A stretch of 57,104 bases of DNA from Candidatus Levyibacteriota bacterium (GTDB lineage Bacteria > Patescibacteriota > Microgenomatia > Levybacterales > UBA12049). The position numbers and the translations under genes were made by a program. The notes beneath the pieces were generated by a model, which was not told the origin of the DNA, searched no databases, and saw nothing but the letters and a program-made list of their open reading frames with translations. Shown piece after piece: positions 17,778-26,998 of the stretch; the stretch's first letter is position 1, and each line of letters opens with the position of its first letter. The stretch lies in NCBI GenBank assembly GCA_016182205.1, contig JACOXW010000012.1, positions 1 to 57,104 on the forward strand. The letters run 5' to 3'.

Positions 17778-18878
17778 CTATGCTGCTTTTTGGTCTTCTT
17801 CGTCTTCAGTCTCTTCCATACCAACTGCCATTGGTGTTGCGCCAGTCTTACTCTGCGTCATTATCTCTGAAACAATCTTTTTTGCAACATCAGCATGCTC
17901 TTTTAGATATTCTTGTGTCGCGACTTTTCCTTGCCCAATCATTTCTTCACCATACCGATAGAATGCACCAGATTTTTTAATGATTCCCATCTCCACTCCT
18001 ACATCCATGATCCCGCCTTCCCTGGAAATACCACTCACACTCACTTCAAATTCAGCGATTCTGAAAGGTGTTGAAACTTTATTTTTTACTACCTTTACTC
18101 TGTGTCGTGATCCGACAACTTTATCACCATCTTTAAGCGTTTCAATTTTTCGAACATCCATTCTGACAGATGCGTAGAATTTCAATGCCAAACCACCAGT
18201 GGTTGTCTCGGGATTTCCAAACATCACTCCAATTTTTTGCCGAAGTTGATTGGTAAAAATACACACGGTTTTGGATTTGGAAATAACACCTGTAAGTTTT
18301 CTAAGCGCTTGCGACATAAGTCTTGCCTGAAGACCCATCATCGAATCTCCCATTTCACCTTCTATTTCTGCCCTTGGTACCAATGCTGCAACAGAATCGA
18401 TCACCAAGACGTCAATTCCGCCAGAGCGTATCAAACTCTCAGCAATTTCAAGAGCCTGCTCACCCGTATCTGGCTGAGAAATAAGAAGTTCATCAAGCTT
18501 TACCCCTATGCTTTCTGCCCACAATGGATCAAGCGCATGTTCTGCATCTATAAATGCTGCAACTCCTCCATGTTTTTGTGCTTGAGCAATAGTTGAAAGA
18601 CAAATTGTAGTTTTTCCTGAAGCTTCAGGACCGTAGATTTCTATAATTCTGCCTCTTGGAAGCCCCCCAACGCCAAGTGCTAAATCAAGTGGCAAGCAAC
18701 CTGTTGAGATAACAGAAATATCCAGTTTTCCTGCAGCTTCACCAAACCTCATGATAGAACCCCTTCCGTACTGCTTTTCGATTTGATCCATTGCCATTTG
18801 GATAGCATTCATTTTTTGTGAGGCTTCTTTTTGTTGACCATTAGGTTCTGTGGATTCGTGTGTTCGGGGTCGTGCCAT
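17778..18878 (-). CDS. recA: Recombinase RecA
   Basis: [35 protein letters not shown] and [12 protein letters not shown] motifs. Confidence 0.99.
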   Translation of the reverse strand: MARPRTHESTEPNGQQKEASQKMNAIQMAMDQIEKQYGRGSIMRFGEAAGKLDISVISTGCLPLDLALGVGGLPRGRIIEIYGPEASGKTTICLSTIAQAQKHGGVAAFIDAEHALDPLWAESIGVKLDELLISQPDTGEQALEIAESLIRSGGIDVLVIDSVAALVPRAEIEGEMGDSMMGLQARLMSQALRKLTGVISKSKTVCIFTNQLRQKIGVMFGNPETTTGGLALKFYASVRMDVRKIETLKDGDKVVGSRHRVKVVKNKVSTPFRIAEFEVSVSGISREGGIMDVGVEMGIIKKSGAFYRYGEEMIGQGKVATQEYLKEHADVAKKIVSEIMTQSKTGATPMAVGMEETEDEEDQKAA

Positions 18879-18960
18879 ATTTGAGCTTATTGTAACAAGT
18901 TTATGTTAAAATGCAATAAGCATTTGACTAATTATCAATTAGTAATTACGAATTGCGATC

Positions 18961-19031
18961 CGGGGTATAGTTTAGTGGTAGAATGAGCGGCTGGGGGTCG
19001 CTTGGTCTCGGTTCGATTCCGAGTACCCCGA
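18961..19031 (+). tRNA. tRNA-Pro(GGG); CCA not encoded
   Basis: Acceptor CGGGGTA/TACCCCG; anticodon arm AGCGG-CTGGGGG-TCGCT; T arm CTCGG-TTCGATT-CCGAG; discriminator A. Confidence 0.93.
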
Positions 19032-19499
19032 CAGATTTGAGAGGGTATCTAGCATTTTTAAAAGTGCTTGGGCGGCTTCGATTCCTTTGTTATGTTCGCC
19101 ACTGGCTCTTTTTTCTGCTTGAGCCAAACCATATGTTGCCAATACCTCAAATACAACTGGAGTATTCTCTGCAAGAGAAATTTGCATGAGTGCTTGAGAG
19201 CACTGATTGGCTATCATCTCAAAATGATATGTCTCGCCTTTTATAATCACGCCAAATGTAACAATACCATGATATTTCTTGGATTGTGCGACACGTTGGA
19301 CAACAAGGGGAATTTCCCACGATCCAGGAACATAAAAATAGTCAATATTCTTCTCGTTAACTCCTGCTTGTATTAAAAAGTCAGCACAGGACTTTTCCAT
19401 CTTTCTTGTGATCTCCTCATGATAAAGACTGGTAACGATCGCAATTCTAGTGCGTTCATTCACCTTAATATACATAGGTTGTTTTGCTTTATTTTGCAT
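18972..19499 (-). CDS. ribH: 6,7-dimethyl-8-ribityllumazine synthase
   Basis: VPGSWEIP, GVIIKGETYHFE and NKGIEAA motifs. Confidence 0.9.
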   Translation of the reverse strand: MQNKAKQPMYIKVNERTRIAIVTSLYHEEITRKMEKSCADFLIQAGVNEKNIDYFYVPGSWEIPLVVQRVAQSKKYHGIVTFGVIIKGETYHFEMIANQCSQALMQISLAENTPVVFEVLATYGLAQAEKRASGEHNKGIEAAQALLKMLDTLSNLSGYSESNRDQATPSRSFYH

Positions 19500-19534
19500 A
19501 ATCGGTTAATTTTAAACAAGAAAGATAGAGATAT

Positions 19535-20572
19535 TTAATCTTTATAAATTTTTTCTCCATCCAGCTCATCTTCAATATGATAGCCATTTTCATGAAACTG
19601 TTGTCGTATCGCATCAGCTTTTACAAAATCTTTTTGTGTTTTTGCCAATCGTCTTTTTTCAAGTAATGTTTGTAAAACTTCTGGAAGATCATTTTGTGCA
19701 ATATGTTCATGTACCTCTTTTTCATGTTTGAAAATATTTTGTAATGTTTTTTTTGATGGAATCATTTGCATTTTTTTAATCGAATCAAACATATACGTTT
19801 TTCCTTGTTCAAGTGTAACTGTTTTTTCATTTTGCAGAATATGAACAGAACCGACGCCTTCAACGGAGAAAATATCTTGCTGGAAATCAAAAATAATTGC
19901 TGTCTGTTCGTCAATACCAAGAACTTTTGCTTCTTTTGGAAGCATGGCACGCAATCTTCCAAACCGCTCTTCTCCCATATAGCAATATCGTGTATCAAGT
20001 CCTTCTCCACCTTCATGATTATTCCAATGAGTAACAACAGAAATAGGAAGACCAAATTCTGTCAAAACATTTAGACCTTTCTCCCAATATAAATCCGCCC
20101 CTGCTTTATATATTTCATAAACTGGGAGGGCGAACTCGCCAAATGAAATGGCAGCAGCACTGGAGAGTGCCAACGTTGCCCCAACCTTGAATCTCTCAAC
20201 AATAGCCGTTAAGGCTTTTGAGTTTTTAAGTATCCTAACTGTATATGTAGGACTACCTGGACCTAAGAATATGTAATCTGCGGTAGCAACTGGAGTCAGA
20301 AGAGTTGTGTTGTCTGGACTGAATTCTGATCCTTTTCTTCTTGCCGGAATAATTGATACATTTTTTGTAAATTCCGCAAGCGAATGATGAAAAACATCGG
20401 CAATATCACAAGCTACCAATGCTGAGTTGGGTTGGAAACCTGCGGGAGTCTCTAGAATAACGATATTTTGTTTTTTTGATACTGTTTTAAGAACTTTTCT
20501 GTGGATCTTTCTTCCAGTTGGTGATGTCTCACCTGACCCAAATAAGACTAATTTACCGAAAGGAGATTGCAT
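19535..20572 (-). CDS. Peptidase S51/cyanophycinase-like protein with a CysRS C-terminal-like domain
   Basis: GSGE, GPGSP, SSAAA, THWNN and GIDEQTA motifs; C-terminal RRLAKTQKDFVKADAIRQQF..GYHIED. Confidence 0.75.
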   Translation of the reverse strand: MQSPFGKLVLFGSGETSPTGRKIHRKVLKTVSKKQNIVILETPAGFQPNSALVACDIADVFHHSLAEFTKNVSIIPARRKGSEFSPDNTTLLTPVATADYIFLGPGSPTYTVRILKNSKALTAIVERFKVGATLALSSAAAISFGEFALPVYEIYKAGADLYWEKGLNVLTEFGLPISVVTHWNNHEGGEGLDTRYCYMGEERFGRLRAMLPKEAKVLGIDEQTAIIFDFQQDIFSVEGVGSVHILQNEKTVTLEQGKTYMFDSIKKMQMIPSKKTLQNIFKHEKEVHEHIAQNDLPEVLQTLLEKRRLAKTQKDFVKADAIRQQFHENGYHIEDELDGEKIYKD

Positions 20573-20596
20573 GAAAGTATTGTAACACAGCTAATT

Positions 20597-21061
20597 TTAG
20601 CGCTTTGGAGATTGCTTTTTCCTTCTTGACTTTCCGCCCATTCCCACTTTTCTACGTTGTCTAACGCGCGAATCACGTGTTAAAAGACCTTTCTTTTTCA
20701 AAATTGGTCTATGCCCAGAATCATGTTCTACCAACGAGCGCGCGACACCGTGAATGACAGCCCTAAGTTGTCCTGCTTTTCCCCCACCCAATACCTTTAC
20801 CGTAAATGAGTATTTTGTAGCAGTATTTGTGGATCTTAATAAGTCTTCATAAGCAGTTTTACCTGACAAACTTTTAAAGTATTCTTCAAAGGGCATATGA
20901 TTGACAAAGACTTGCCCCACTTTTACATCTGCACCATCCCATGTCATAGCACCTTTATGAAGCCTTACACGTGCCACAGCTTCTCTTCTTCTTCCCACTG
21001 CATGGGTGTATGTTCTTTTTACTGTTTTTTCTTTTTGTACTACCGGATTTATAGCTGCCAT
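20597..21061 (-). CDS. rpsI: 30S ribosomal protein S9
   Basis: GRRREAVARV, GGG..GQ, LTRDSR, C-terminal QSPKR. Confidence 0.97.
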   Translation of the reverse strand: MAAINPVVQKEKTVKRTYTHAVGRRREAVARVRLHKGAMTWDGADVKVGQVFVNHMPFEEYFKSLSGKTAYEDLLRSTNTATKYSFTVKVLGGGKAGQLRAVIHGVARSLVEHDSGHRPILKKKGLLTRDSRVRQRRKVGMGGKSRRKKQSPKR

Positions 21062-21483
21062 TATTTGTTACTCCCTTCTTTTTGTGCTGGTTGTTCCTCC
21101 GAATAGATAGTAAGCCGTTTCATCATTCTATCACGAAGTTTGTTTTGGGGTAACATTCCTTTTACCGCATGCTCTATCAAACCTTGCGGTTTACGTGCTC
21201 GAATTTGCCCTGCTGTCTCAATTCTAAGACCACCTGGATAACCTGAATAGCGATAATATTTTTTGTCTGATTCTTTCTTACCTGTAAGTATTACATGTTT
21301 TGCATTGATAACAGTTACAAAATCACCACAATCCTGATTACGCACGAAATAGGGTTTTGCTTTTCCCATAAGCAGCTTTGCAATATCTGTCGCAACACGC
21401 CCAAGAATTTTTCCTTTTATATCCACAGTATGTTTTTCTCTTTTTATTTCTGCAGTTTTTGTCGGTTGAGTAACTTTATTCAT
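21061..21483 (-). CDS. rplM: 50S ribosomal protein L13
   Basis: LGRVAT, DCGDFV, YSGYPGG and AVKGMLP motifs. Confidence 0.97.
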   Translation of the reverse strand: MNKVTQPTKTAEIKREKHTVDIKGKILGRVATDIAKLLMGKAKPYFVRNQDCGDFVTVINAKHVILTGKKESDKKYYRYSGYPGGLRIETAGQIRARKPQGLIEHAVKGMLPQNKLRDRMMKRLTIYSEEQPAQKEGSNK

Positions 21484-21498
21484 ATTAGCTTAACTATA

Positions 21499-22023
21499 CT
21501 ATTTTTCGTTTTTTATGGCTTTTTTCGGCCTTTTTATCTTTGCTATTTTCGGTTTTTTCGTTTTTACTTCTTGTTCTAATTTCTCTCCTTTTTTCTTTCT
21601 AGGTTGCCCTCTTTGTGTTTTTATTTCTTTTTTTTCTTCCTTCCCTTGTTTTTCTTTCACTATTGCTTTTTCTCCCTCAACCCATTCCATAATGACCATT
21701 TCTGCGTTATCGTTGAAGCGTTTTCCCAACTTAATAAGCCGCGTATAACCGCCTGATCTGCCATTAAATCTCTTTACTACATCGTTAAGAAGCTTATCAA
21801 CAGCGGCAGGAATCAAGTCCACAGACAACAACTTTTTCGCAAGCAGCTTGTTTTTTCGTGCTTTAGTAATCAATTTATCTGCACTAGACCGAATTGCTTT
21901 TGCTTTCGGTTCCGTCGTCCTTATACGTCCATGCAGTACCAATTGCGACATAAGCCCTTTAAAAAGCGCTTTCCTTTCATTTACGTCTCTTTTGAATTTT
22001 CTTCCAAATACATTTTTTTTCAT
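21499..22023 (-). CDS. rplQ: 50S ribosomal protein L17 with a Lys-rich C-terminal extension
   Basis: IRTTEPKAK and RSGGYTR motifs. Confidence 0.95.
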   Translation of the reverse strand: MKKNVFGRKFKRDVNERKALFKGLMSQLVLHGRIRTTEPKAKAIRSSADKLITKARKNKLLAKKLLSVDLIPAAVDKLLNDVVKRFNGRSGGYTRLIKLGKRFNDNAEMVIMEWVEGEKAIVKEKQGKEEKKEIKTQRGQPRKKKGEKLEQEVKTKKPKIAKIKRPKKAIKNEK

Positions 22024-22047
22024 AGGTATATTATCCGGTATATGTAA

Positions 22048-22102
22048 TAAAAAAATGCTCCACTGACTGACGACCTCAAAAGCGTCAATCTTTGTGGAGC
22101 GT
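22048..22102 (-). promoter_or_regulatory. Hairpin plus U-tract leader upstream of rplQ (candidate attenuator/r-leader)
   Basis: ACGCUCCAC...GUGGAGCAU followed by a U-tract; internal UGAC-GCU-UUUGAG-GUCG motif. Confidence 0.5.
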
Positions 22103-22141
22103 CACTCAAGTAGGAATACTCAGTTACCCGCCTAGGCGGTT

Positions 22142-23071
22142 TTAAACCGATTGAAGAGATACTCCTTTTTCTTTGAGTTTCTCTTCAATAATACTGATAG
22201 ATTTACCACCCATATTTCTCATCGTCATTAAATCTTTTCGTGCGGTATTCACAAGCTGATCCAATGTTTCAATGCCACCGTTTCGAAGACTGTTATAAAT
22301 TCTGGTAGGAAGATCCAACTCATCAATAGTGAGTTTTAAAAGATCATTTGGAATATTTGACGTAGCTTTACCGCTTTCTGATTGAGGAAGTGCCGCTTTC
22401 GGCTCAAAAATCTGAAGGAAGTATGAGGATAATACTTTTGCTGCTTGTGCTATTGCATCTTTTGGTGCCACCGTACCGTCTGTCCATATCTGAATAACTA
22501 GCTTATCTAAGTTTGTTTGTCTTCCTACGCGAGTAGCCTCAACAGTATAATTTACCCGTCTGATAGGAGTAAAAATGGCATCAGTAGGAATGGTTCCTAA
22601 AGATCCCGCTTTTTGCTCTTCTGCCAATGCATATCCATACCCTCGCTCTACGGTAAGCTCCATATCCAGCTTACCTTTTTTATCTGATAGTGATCCTATG
22701 TAGTGACTTGTATTTGATATCTCTACGCCATCCGATAGTTCCAAATCAGCTGCCGTAATATCCTTGGGTCCTTTCACTGAAAGTTTTACTGTAGCTGATG
22801 TCTTAGAATCTAAAAGACGAAAACTTATTCCTTTGATGTTTAAAAGAAGATCAACAATATTTTCCTTCAGTCCTGGAAGCGTAGAAAATTTGTGCTTAAC
22901 TGAAGCAATCTTTACTGACGTTACTGCTGCGCCAGGAATAGAGTTAAGCAATACTCTTCTTAATGCATTTCCAATGGTATGGCCAAAACCAGGCTCAAGC
23001 GGCTCAATAGCGAACTCACCATAATCGGCCGTTTCGCTCATCGCTGTAATTTTAAAGTTTGGATCCATCAT
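22142..23071 (-). CDS. rpoA: RNA polymerase alpha subunit
   Basis: EPLEPGFGHTIGNALRRVLL, DAIFTPI and alphaCTD RIYNSL motifs. Confidence 0.98.
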   Translation of the reverse strand: MMDPNFKITAMSETADYGEFAIEPLEPGFGHTIGNALRRVLLNSIPGAAVTSVKIASVKHKFSTLPGLKENIVDLLLNIKGISFRLLDSKTSATVKLSVKGPKDITAADLELSDGVEISNTSHYIGSLSDKKGKLDMELTVERGYGYALAEEQKAGSLGTIPTDAIFTPIRRVNYTVEATRVGRQTNLDKLVIQIWTDGTVAPKDAIAQAAKVLSSYFLQIFEPKAALPQSESGKATSNIPNDLLKLTIDELDLPTRIYNSLRNGGIETLDQLVNTARKDLMTMRNMGGKSISIIEEKLKEKGVSLQSV

Positions 23072-23144
23072 AATAATTTCTCTATTTTACCAAAAAAATT
23101 CACCACTAGCAAGGCTAGGGCACTAATAAGCACCTATTGTACCA

Positions 23145-23741
23145 CTATCTTGAGTAATATTCAATAATCAACTGTGTATCAAAAGGAACCTCGATATCTT
23201 CCCGTTTTGGCATTCTGAGTAACTTTCCTACCGATTTTTCTTTCGAAAGAAATGTGAGAACGTCTTTCTGATCTTCCGTGGGCTCGTCTATTTCCCCTTT
23301 AAGTTTGGGGGAAAGTGTAATAATATCTCCTTCTTTTACCTGGTAAGAAGGTATTGTAACCTTTTTATCATTCACCAATACATGGCCGTGTGAAACAAAT
23401 TGCCTTCCCTGAAATCTAGTTTTAGCAAAACCGAGTCGATAAACTACATTGTCCAAACGCGTTTCCAAAAGGGCTATAAGCAATTCACCTGTTTCTCCCT
23501 TTCTCTTCTGTACATCCTGTACCATTCTTTTAAACTGTCTCTCCAAGAGCCCATAAACAGCTTTTGCACGCTGCTTTTCACGAAGTTGCTGCCCGAATTC
23601 TGAAGGAGCACGCTTTCTTTTCCTTCCATGAACTCCAGGAGGAATATTTAACCGCCTCTGCAACGTACCTGTTGTTTTATCCAGAACGTTTATTCCTTCC
23701 CGTCGTGCTAATTTATGTTTTGGTCCTCTATATCTAGCCAT
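23145..23741 (-). CDS. rpsD: 30S ribosomal protein S4
   Basis: Starts MARYRGP; QLREKQ, LETRLDNVVYRLG and IIEYYSR motifs. Confidence 0.97.
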   Translation of the reverse strand: MARYRGPKHKLARREGINVLDKTTGTLQRRLNIPPGVHGRKRKRAPSEFGQQLREKQRAKAVYGLLERQFKRMVQDVQKRKGETGELLIALLETRLDNVVYRLGFAKTRFQGRQFVSHGHVLVNDKKVTIPSYQVKEGDIITLSPKLKGEIDEPTEDQKDVLTFLSKEKSVGKLLRMPKREDIEVPFDTQLIIEYYSR

Positions 23742-23748
23742 AATTCTC

Positions 23749-24177
23749 CTATACTCTCCTCTTTTTCTTCGGCCTTGGTCCGTTGTGCGGAATTGCCGTA
23801 ACGTCAGCAATAAGAGAAATACCAAGTCCCGCTGCTTTAATCGCACGAAGCGCTGAATCGCGCCCTGATCCTGGACCTTTTACATAGACTTCAACACTTT
23901 TTATCCCTTTTTCAAATGCTCTCTTTGCTGCATCTTCCATAGCAATTGACGCAGCATATGGTGTAGATTTTCGCGTGCCCTTAAAGCCGCGTGAACCGGA
24001 TGAACTCCACGCAACTACATCACCGTTATCGTTGGTGATAGAAACCAAAGTGTTATTAAAGGTTGCAGTAATAAATGCTTTCCCAAATTGTGTTATTTTT
24101 GCACCTTGCTTTTTTCGGATTTCCGAAGTCGTTTTAGAAGATTTTGTTGTTTTTTTTACCGTTTTCTTTGCTGTCAT
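23749..24177 (-). CDS. rpsK: 30S ribosomal protein S11
   Basis: [26 protein letters not shown] and PHNG motifs. Confidence 0.98.
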   Translation of the reverse strand: MTAKKTVKKTTKSSKTTSEIRKKQGAKITQFGKAFITATFNNTLVSITNDNGDVVAWSSSGSRGFKGTRKSTPYAASIAMEDAAKRAFEKGIKSVEVYVKGPGSGRDSALRAIKAAGLGISLIADVTAIPHNGPRPKKKRRV

Positions 24178-24193
24178 ATTGTATTGTACTTAA

Positions 24194-24598
24194 TTATTTC
24201 TTTGCTACTGCTGCTTGCTCCATCTTTGTAGCAAGCTCTTTTTTAATAGCACCAATCGTCACACGTTTTCCTCGTTTTGTGCGCGCATTTGATCGTGTAC
24301 GTTGCCCTCGCACCGGAAGATTTCTATTATGTCTATGCCCTCTATATGTTCCTGTTTCTTTCAATCGTTTAATATTACTTATGGTTTCAGCACGAAGATC
24401 ACCTTCAGTTTTGTAAGCCTCAATCGCTTTCTGAAGACGTTTCATCTCTTCTTCGCTCAACCCCTTTATACGTTTCGCAGGATCTATCTGCGCTTTTTCT
24501 AACACTTTATACGCATTAGACCTGCCAATTCCATAGAGATAGGTAATTCCTATATCTACTCTTTTCTCATCCGGTATATTTACTCCTGAAATTCTCAT
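24194..24598 (-). CDS. rpsM: 30S ribosomal protein S13
   Basis: RISGV, YGIG and YRGHRH..LPVRGQRTRSNART motifs. Confidence 0.98.
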   Translation of the reverse strand: MRISGVNIPDEKRVDIGITYLYGIGRSNAYKVLEKAQIDPAKRIKGLSEEEMKRLQKAIEAYKTEGDLRAETISNIKRLKETGTYRGHRHNRNLPVRGQRTRSNARTKRGKRVTIGAIKKELATKMEQAAVAKK

Positions 24599-24613
24599 AG
24601 TTCGCTTTCGCTC

Positions 24614-24708
24614 AAGTTTAAAGTGAAAAGTTAAAAATTAAAAGTCAATGGAATCTATTTATATAATTCCCATTCAATTTTGAACTTTTCACTTTGCATT
24701 TTAAACTT
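24614..24708. repeat. Heptamer-periodic inverted repeat in the rpmJ-rpsM spacer
   Basis: AAAGTGAAAAGTTAAAAATT (24620-24639) is 19/20 complementary to 24676-24695. Confidence 0.7.
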
Positions 24709-24710
24709 CT

Positions 24711-24824
24711 TTACCCTTGACGCTGATTATGACGCGGATTTTCGCATATAATGCGAACAACGCCTTTGCGTCTTATGATCTTACATTTTGCGCACCTTGG
24801 TTTTACACTGGCTTGTACTTTCAT
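24711..24824 (-). CDS. rpmJ: 50S ribosomal protein L36 (not in the ORF track)
   Basis: Manual translation [37 protein letters not shown], a zinc-type CxxC..C..H. Confidence 0.97.
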   Translation of the reverse strand: MKVQASVKPRCAKCKIIRRKGVVRIICENPRHNQRQG

Positions 24825-25042
24825 TATCTTTGTCTGTATATAATTCTCCCTTTTTCGGAATCATATGGCGTCATCTCTACACGAACTTTATCTCCAGGCA
24901 AAATCTTAATAAAATGCATTCTCATTTTTCCTGACAGATGACATAACACTACTTGTCCATTTGATAACTCTACCCGAAATAACGTATTTGGTAAAGACTC
25001 TTTTACAATTCCATCCACTTCAAATGATCCCTGATGTGTCAT
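24824..25042 (-). CDS. infA: Translation initiation factor IF-1
   Basis: [15 protein letters not shown] and ILPGDKV.VE.TPYD..KGRI motifs. Confidence 0.97.
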   Translation of the reverse strand: MTHQGSFEVDGIVKESLPNTLFRVELSNGQVVLCHLSGKMRMHFIKILPGDKVRVEMTPYDSEKGRIIYRQR

Positions 25043-25081
25043 AGAGACAATTATTATACCAAATAAGCCTATAAAGAGCAA

Positions 25082-25879
25082 TCAGCTTGTTAGTACTACG
25101 GGACCTTTAGAGGTGATAGCGACAGTACGCTCAAAAAGACCTGAGACAGATCCGTCTGCGCTCAGAATTGTCCAATCATCTTTCTTACTGTATACGACAT
25201 CCGGTTTTCCCATATTATAGATGATTTCTATCGCAATAACCATACCCTCTACCAGCCGGGGCGTTTTTTCTATTGCCCCTGTCAGAAATCCTGGTACTTC
25301 AGGCTCTTCATGCAGCTGTCTCCCTACACCGTGACCGACGAGACTCCTTACCACTCCATATCCGTGTTTTTTCTCCACAATATCCTGAATGGTTTTGGAG
25401 ATATGACCGATACGGTTTCCTATCTTCGCCTGCCTTATTGCTTCCTCTAATGCTCTCTTCCCAACGTCTAAAAATGTTTGCTTTCCCTCATTTTGAATTT
25501 TGTCCTCGCCCTGAGCTCGGGCTGAAGGGAATTTTGAATTTTGAATTATCTTTGTCTCTGACATATCTGTATGAAACCCATTCAAATATACTCCGCAATC
25601 TATCCCTACAACATCCCCTGGCTTTAACCTATATATTGTCGGAATACCATGCACAACGACATTATTTGTTGAGATACAAATGGTATGATTATAACCTGAA
25701 ACTTTCTTAAATCCCGGTTCACCGCCCTTTTTCCGTATGAGTTCTTCAGCTAACTTATCAAGTTCTATTTCGCTCACACCAGGCTGAGCATATGCTAAAA
25801 CCTTAAAAAGAACATCGGAAAGAATCTTTCCTCCTTTTGCCATAATAGCGATTTCTTTTTCATTTTTAATATGTATCAT
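25082..25879 (-). CDS. map: Type I methionine aminopeptidase
   Basis: CISTNNVVVHGIP, D..V...GFHTD, GHGVG..LHEEP and AIE motifs. Confidence 0.93.
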   Translation of the reverse strand: MIHIKNEKEIAIMAKGGKILSDVLFKVLAYAQPGVSEIELDKLAEELIRKKGGEPGFKKVSGYNHTICISTNNVVVHGIPTIYRLKPGDVVGIDCGVYLNGFHTDMSETKIIQNSKFPSARAQGEDKIQNEGKQTFLDVGKRALEEAIRQAKIGNRIGHISKTIQDIVEKKHGYGVVRSLVGHGVGRQLHEEPEVPGFLTGAIEKTPRLVEGMVIAIEIIYNMGKPDVVYSKKDDWTILSADGSVSGLFERTVAITSKGPVVLTS

Positions 25880-25883
25880 GTCA

Positions 25884-26450
25884 CTATATACCCAGTCTCG
25901 CAAGCAATAAGTCTACTTTTTCATATAAATCTTCAATTTTATCAGTATTATTCTCAAGCATATAATCAGCTATCGCAATTGGTCCGCCTTTATTAAGCAT
26001 CTCCAACTCAGTTATATCTCGTTGACGCACCTTATCCAAAGGCACAGGCCGAATGGGACGATGTGATAAACGAGCATAGCGCTTTTCTGGTTCGGCATAT
26101 ACATGGATCAAAAAAAGTCCGGGAAAATCATTTTTAAGTAACGTATATTCTTCCCACGAATACAACCCGTCAATAGCTATTACAGAGTGGTGCTTTAGCA
26201 ATTCTTCAATCTTCGGTTTTGCTTTCTTTGCATAGGCTGCCATTCCAAGTTCTTTTCTTAATTTCTCACGAAACATTCGTTCATTATCAGGTGTCAGTGG
26301 CAAACCTAATTCTTTCACTCCCTCATCGGTTATCTGTCCAAACCGAACAAACGGAATCCCTTTTTTTTGCAGATATGTTGTTGCTTCACTTTTTCCCGCT
26401 CCCGGCATTCCAACAAAGGCTATAATTGTTTTTTGGGGTGCTTTGGCCAT
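25884..26450 (-). CDS. P-loop nucleotide kinase (UPF0200/dephospho-CoA kinase-like)
   Basis: GMPGAGKS, IDGL, RYARL..R, RD..E and IAIADY motifs. Confidence 0.7.
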   Translation of the reverse strand: MAKAPQKTIIAFVGMPGAGKSEATTYLQKKGIPFVRFGQITDEGVKELGLPLTPDNERMFREKLRKELGMAAYAKKAKPKIEELLKHHSVIAIDGLYSWEEYTLLKNDFPGLFLIHVYAEPEKRYARLSHRPIRPVPLDKVRQRDITELEMLNKGGPIAIADYMLENNTDKIEDLYEKVDLLLARLGI

Positions 26451-26452
26451 TG

Positions 26453-26998
26453 TTATTTTTTTACAGTGAGGTGTTTAAGTATTGCTTTGTGTATTTCTTC
26501 TATTTCTTTCTCACCGTCTACTTCAACAAGTTTTCCTTTTTTTCTATAAAAATCGAGTACCGGCTCTGTAAATTTGTGGAATGATTCAATGCGATTACGA
26601 ATAGCTACCAATGTCTCGTCTTCTCTTGTTCCGTCATTTCGGCCGGCAATTCTCCATAAAGCCTCTTTATCAGATATTTCCAAATATATCACTTTATCAA
26701 TGCCGTTTTTAAATGCTTTGGCCTGAATAAGTGTTCTTGGAAATCCGTCCAGAATATATCCTTTTTCATATTCAGGTCTGTTCAAATATTCACTGACAAT
26801 CTTTAAAGTTTTCGAATCAGAGATCAAAAGCCCGGCATTCATAACGACTTTAATCTGCCTACCAAGCGGAGTATGTTCTTTTGCAAGTTCACGGAAAATA
26901 TGTCCTGTAGATAAGTAGGGAACCCCAAAGTCTTTTGCTAAAAGATTTCCTTGCGTAGACTTTCCTGCTCCCTGAATTCCGATTAAAATAAGTTTCAT
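26453..26998 (-). CDS. adk: Adenylate kinase, short-LID type
   Basis: [17 protein letters not shown] and LDGFPRT motifs; follows secY. Confidence 0.9.
   Translation of the reverse strand: MKLILIGIQGAGKSTQGNLLAKDFGVPYLSTGHIFRELAKEHTPLGRQIKVVMNAGLLISDSKTLKIVSEYLNRPEYEKGYILDGFPRTLIQAKAFKNGIDKVIYLEISDKEALWRIAGRNDGTREDETLVAIRNRIESFHKFTEPVLDFYRKKGKLVEVDGEKEIEEIHKAILKHLTVKK

Noticed and set aside
23742..23846. Extended N-termini given by the ORF track for rpsD, and likewise for infA, map, rpsQ, rpmC and rpoC
   Set aside because: They overlap upstream genes or promoters; the conserved protein starts lie at downstream ATGs.
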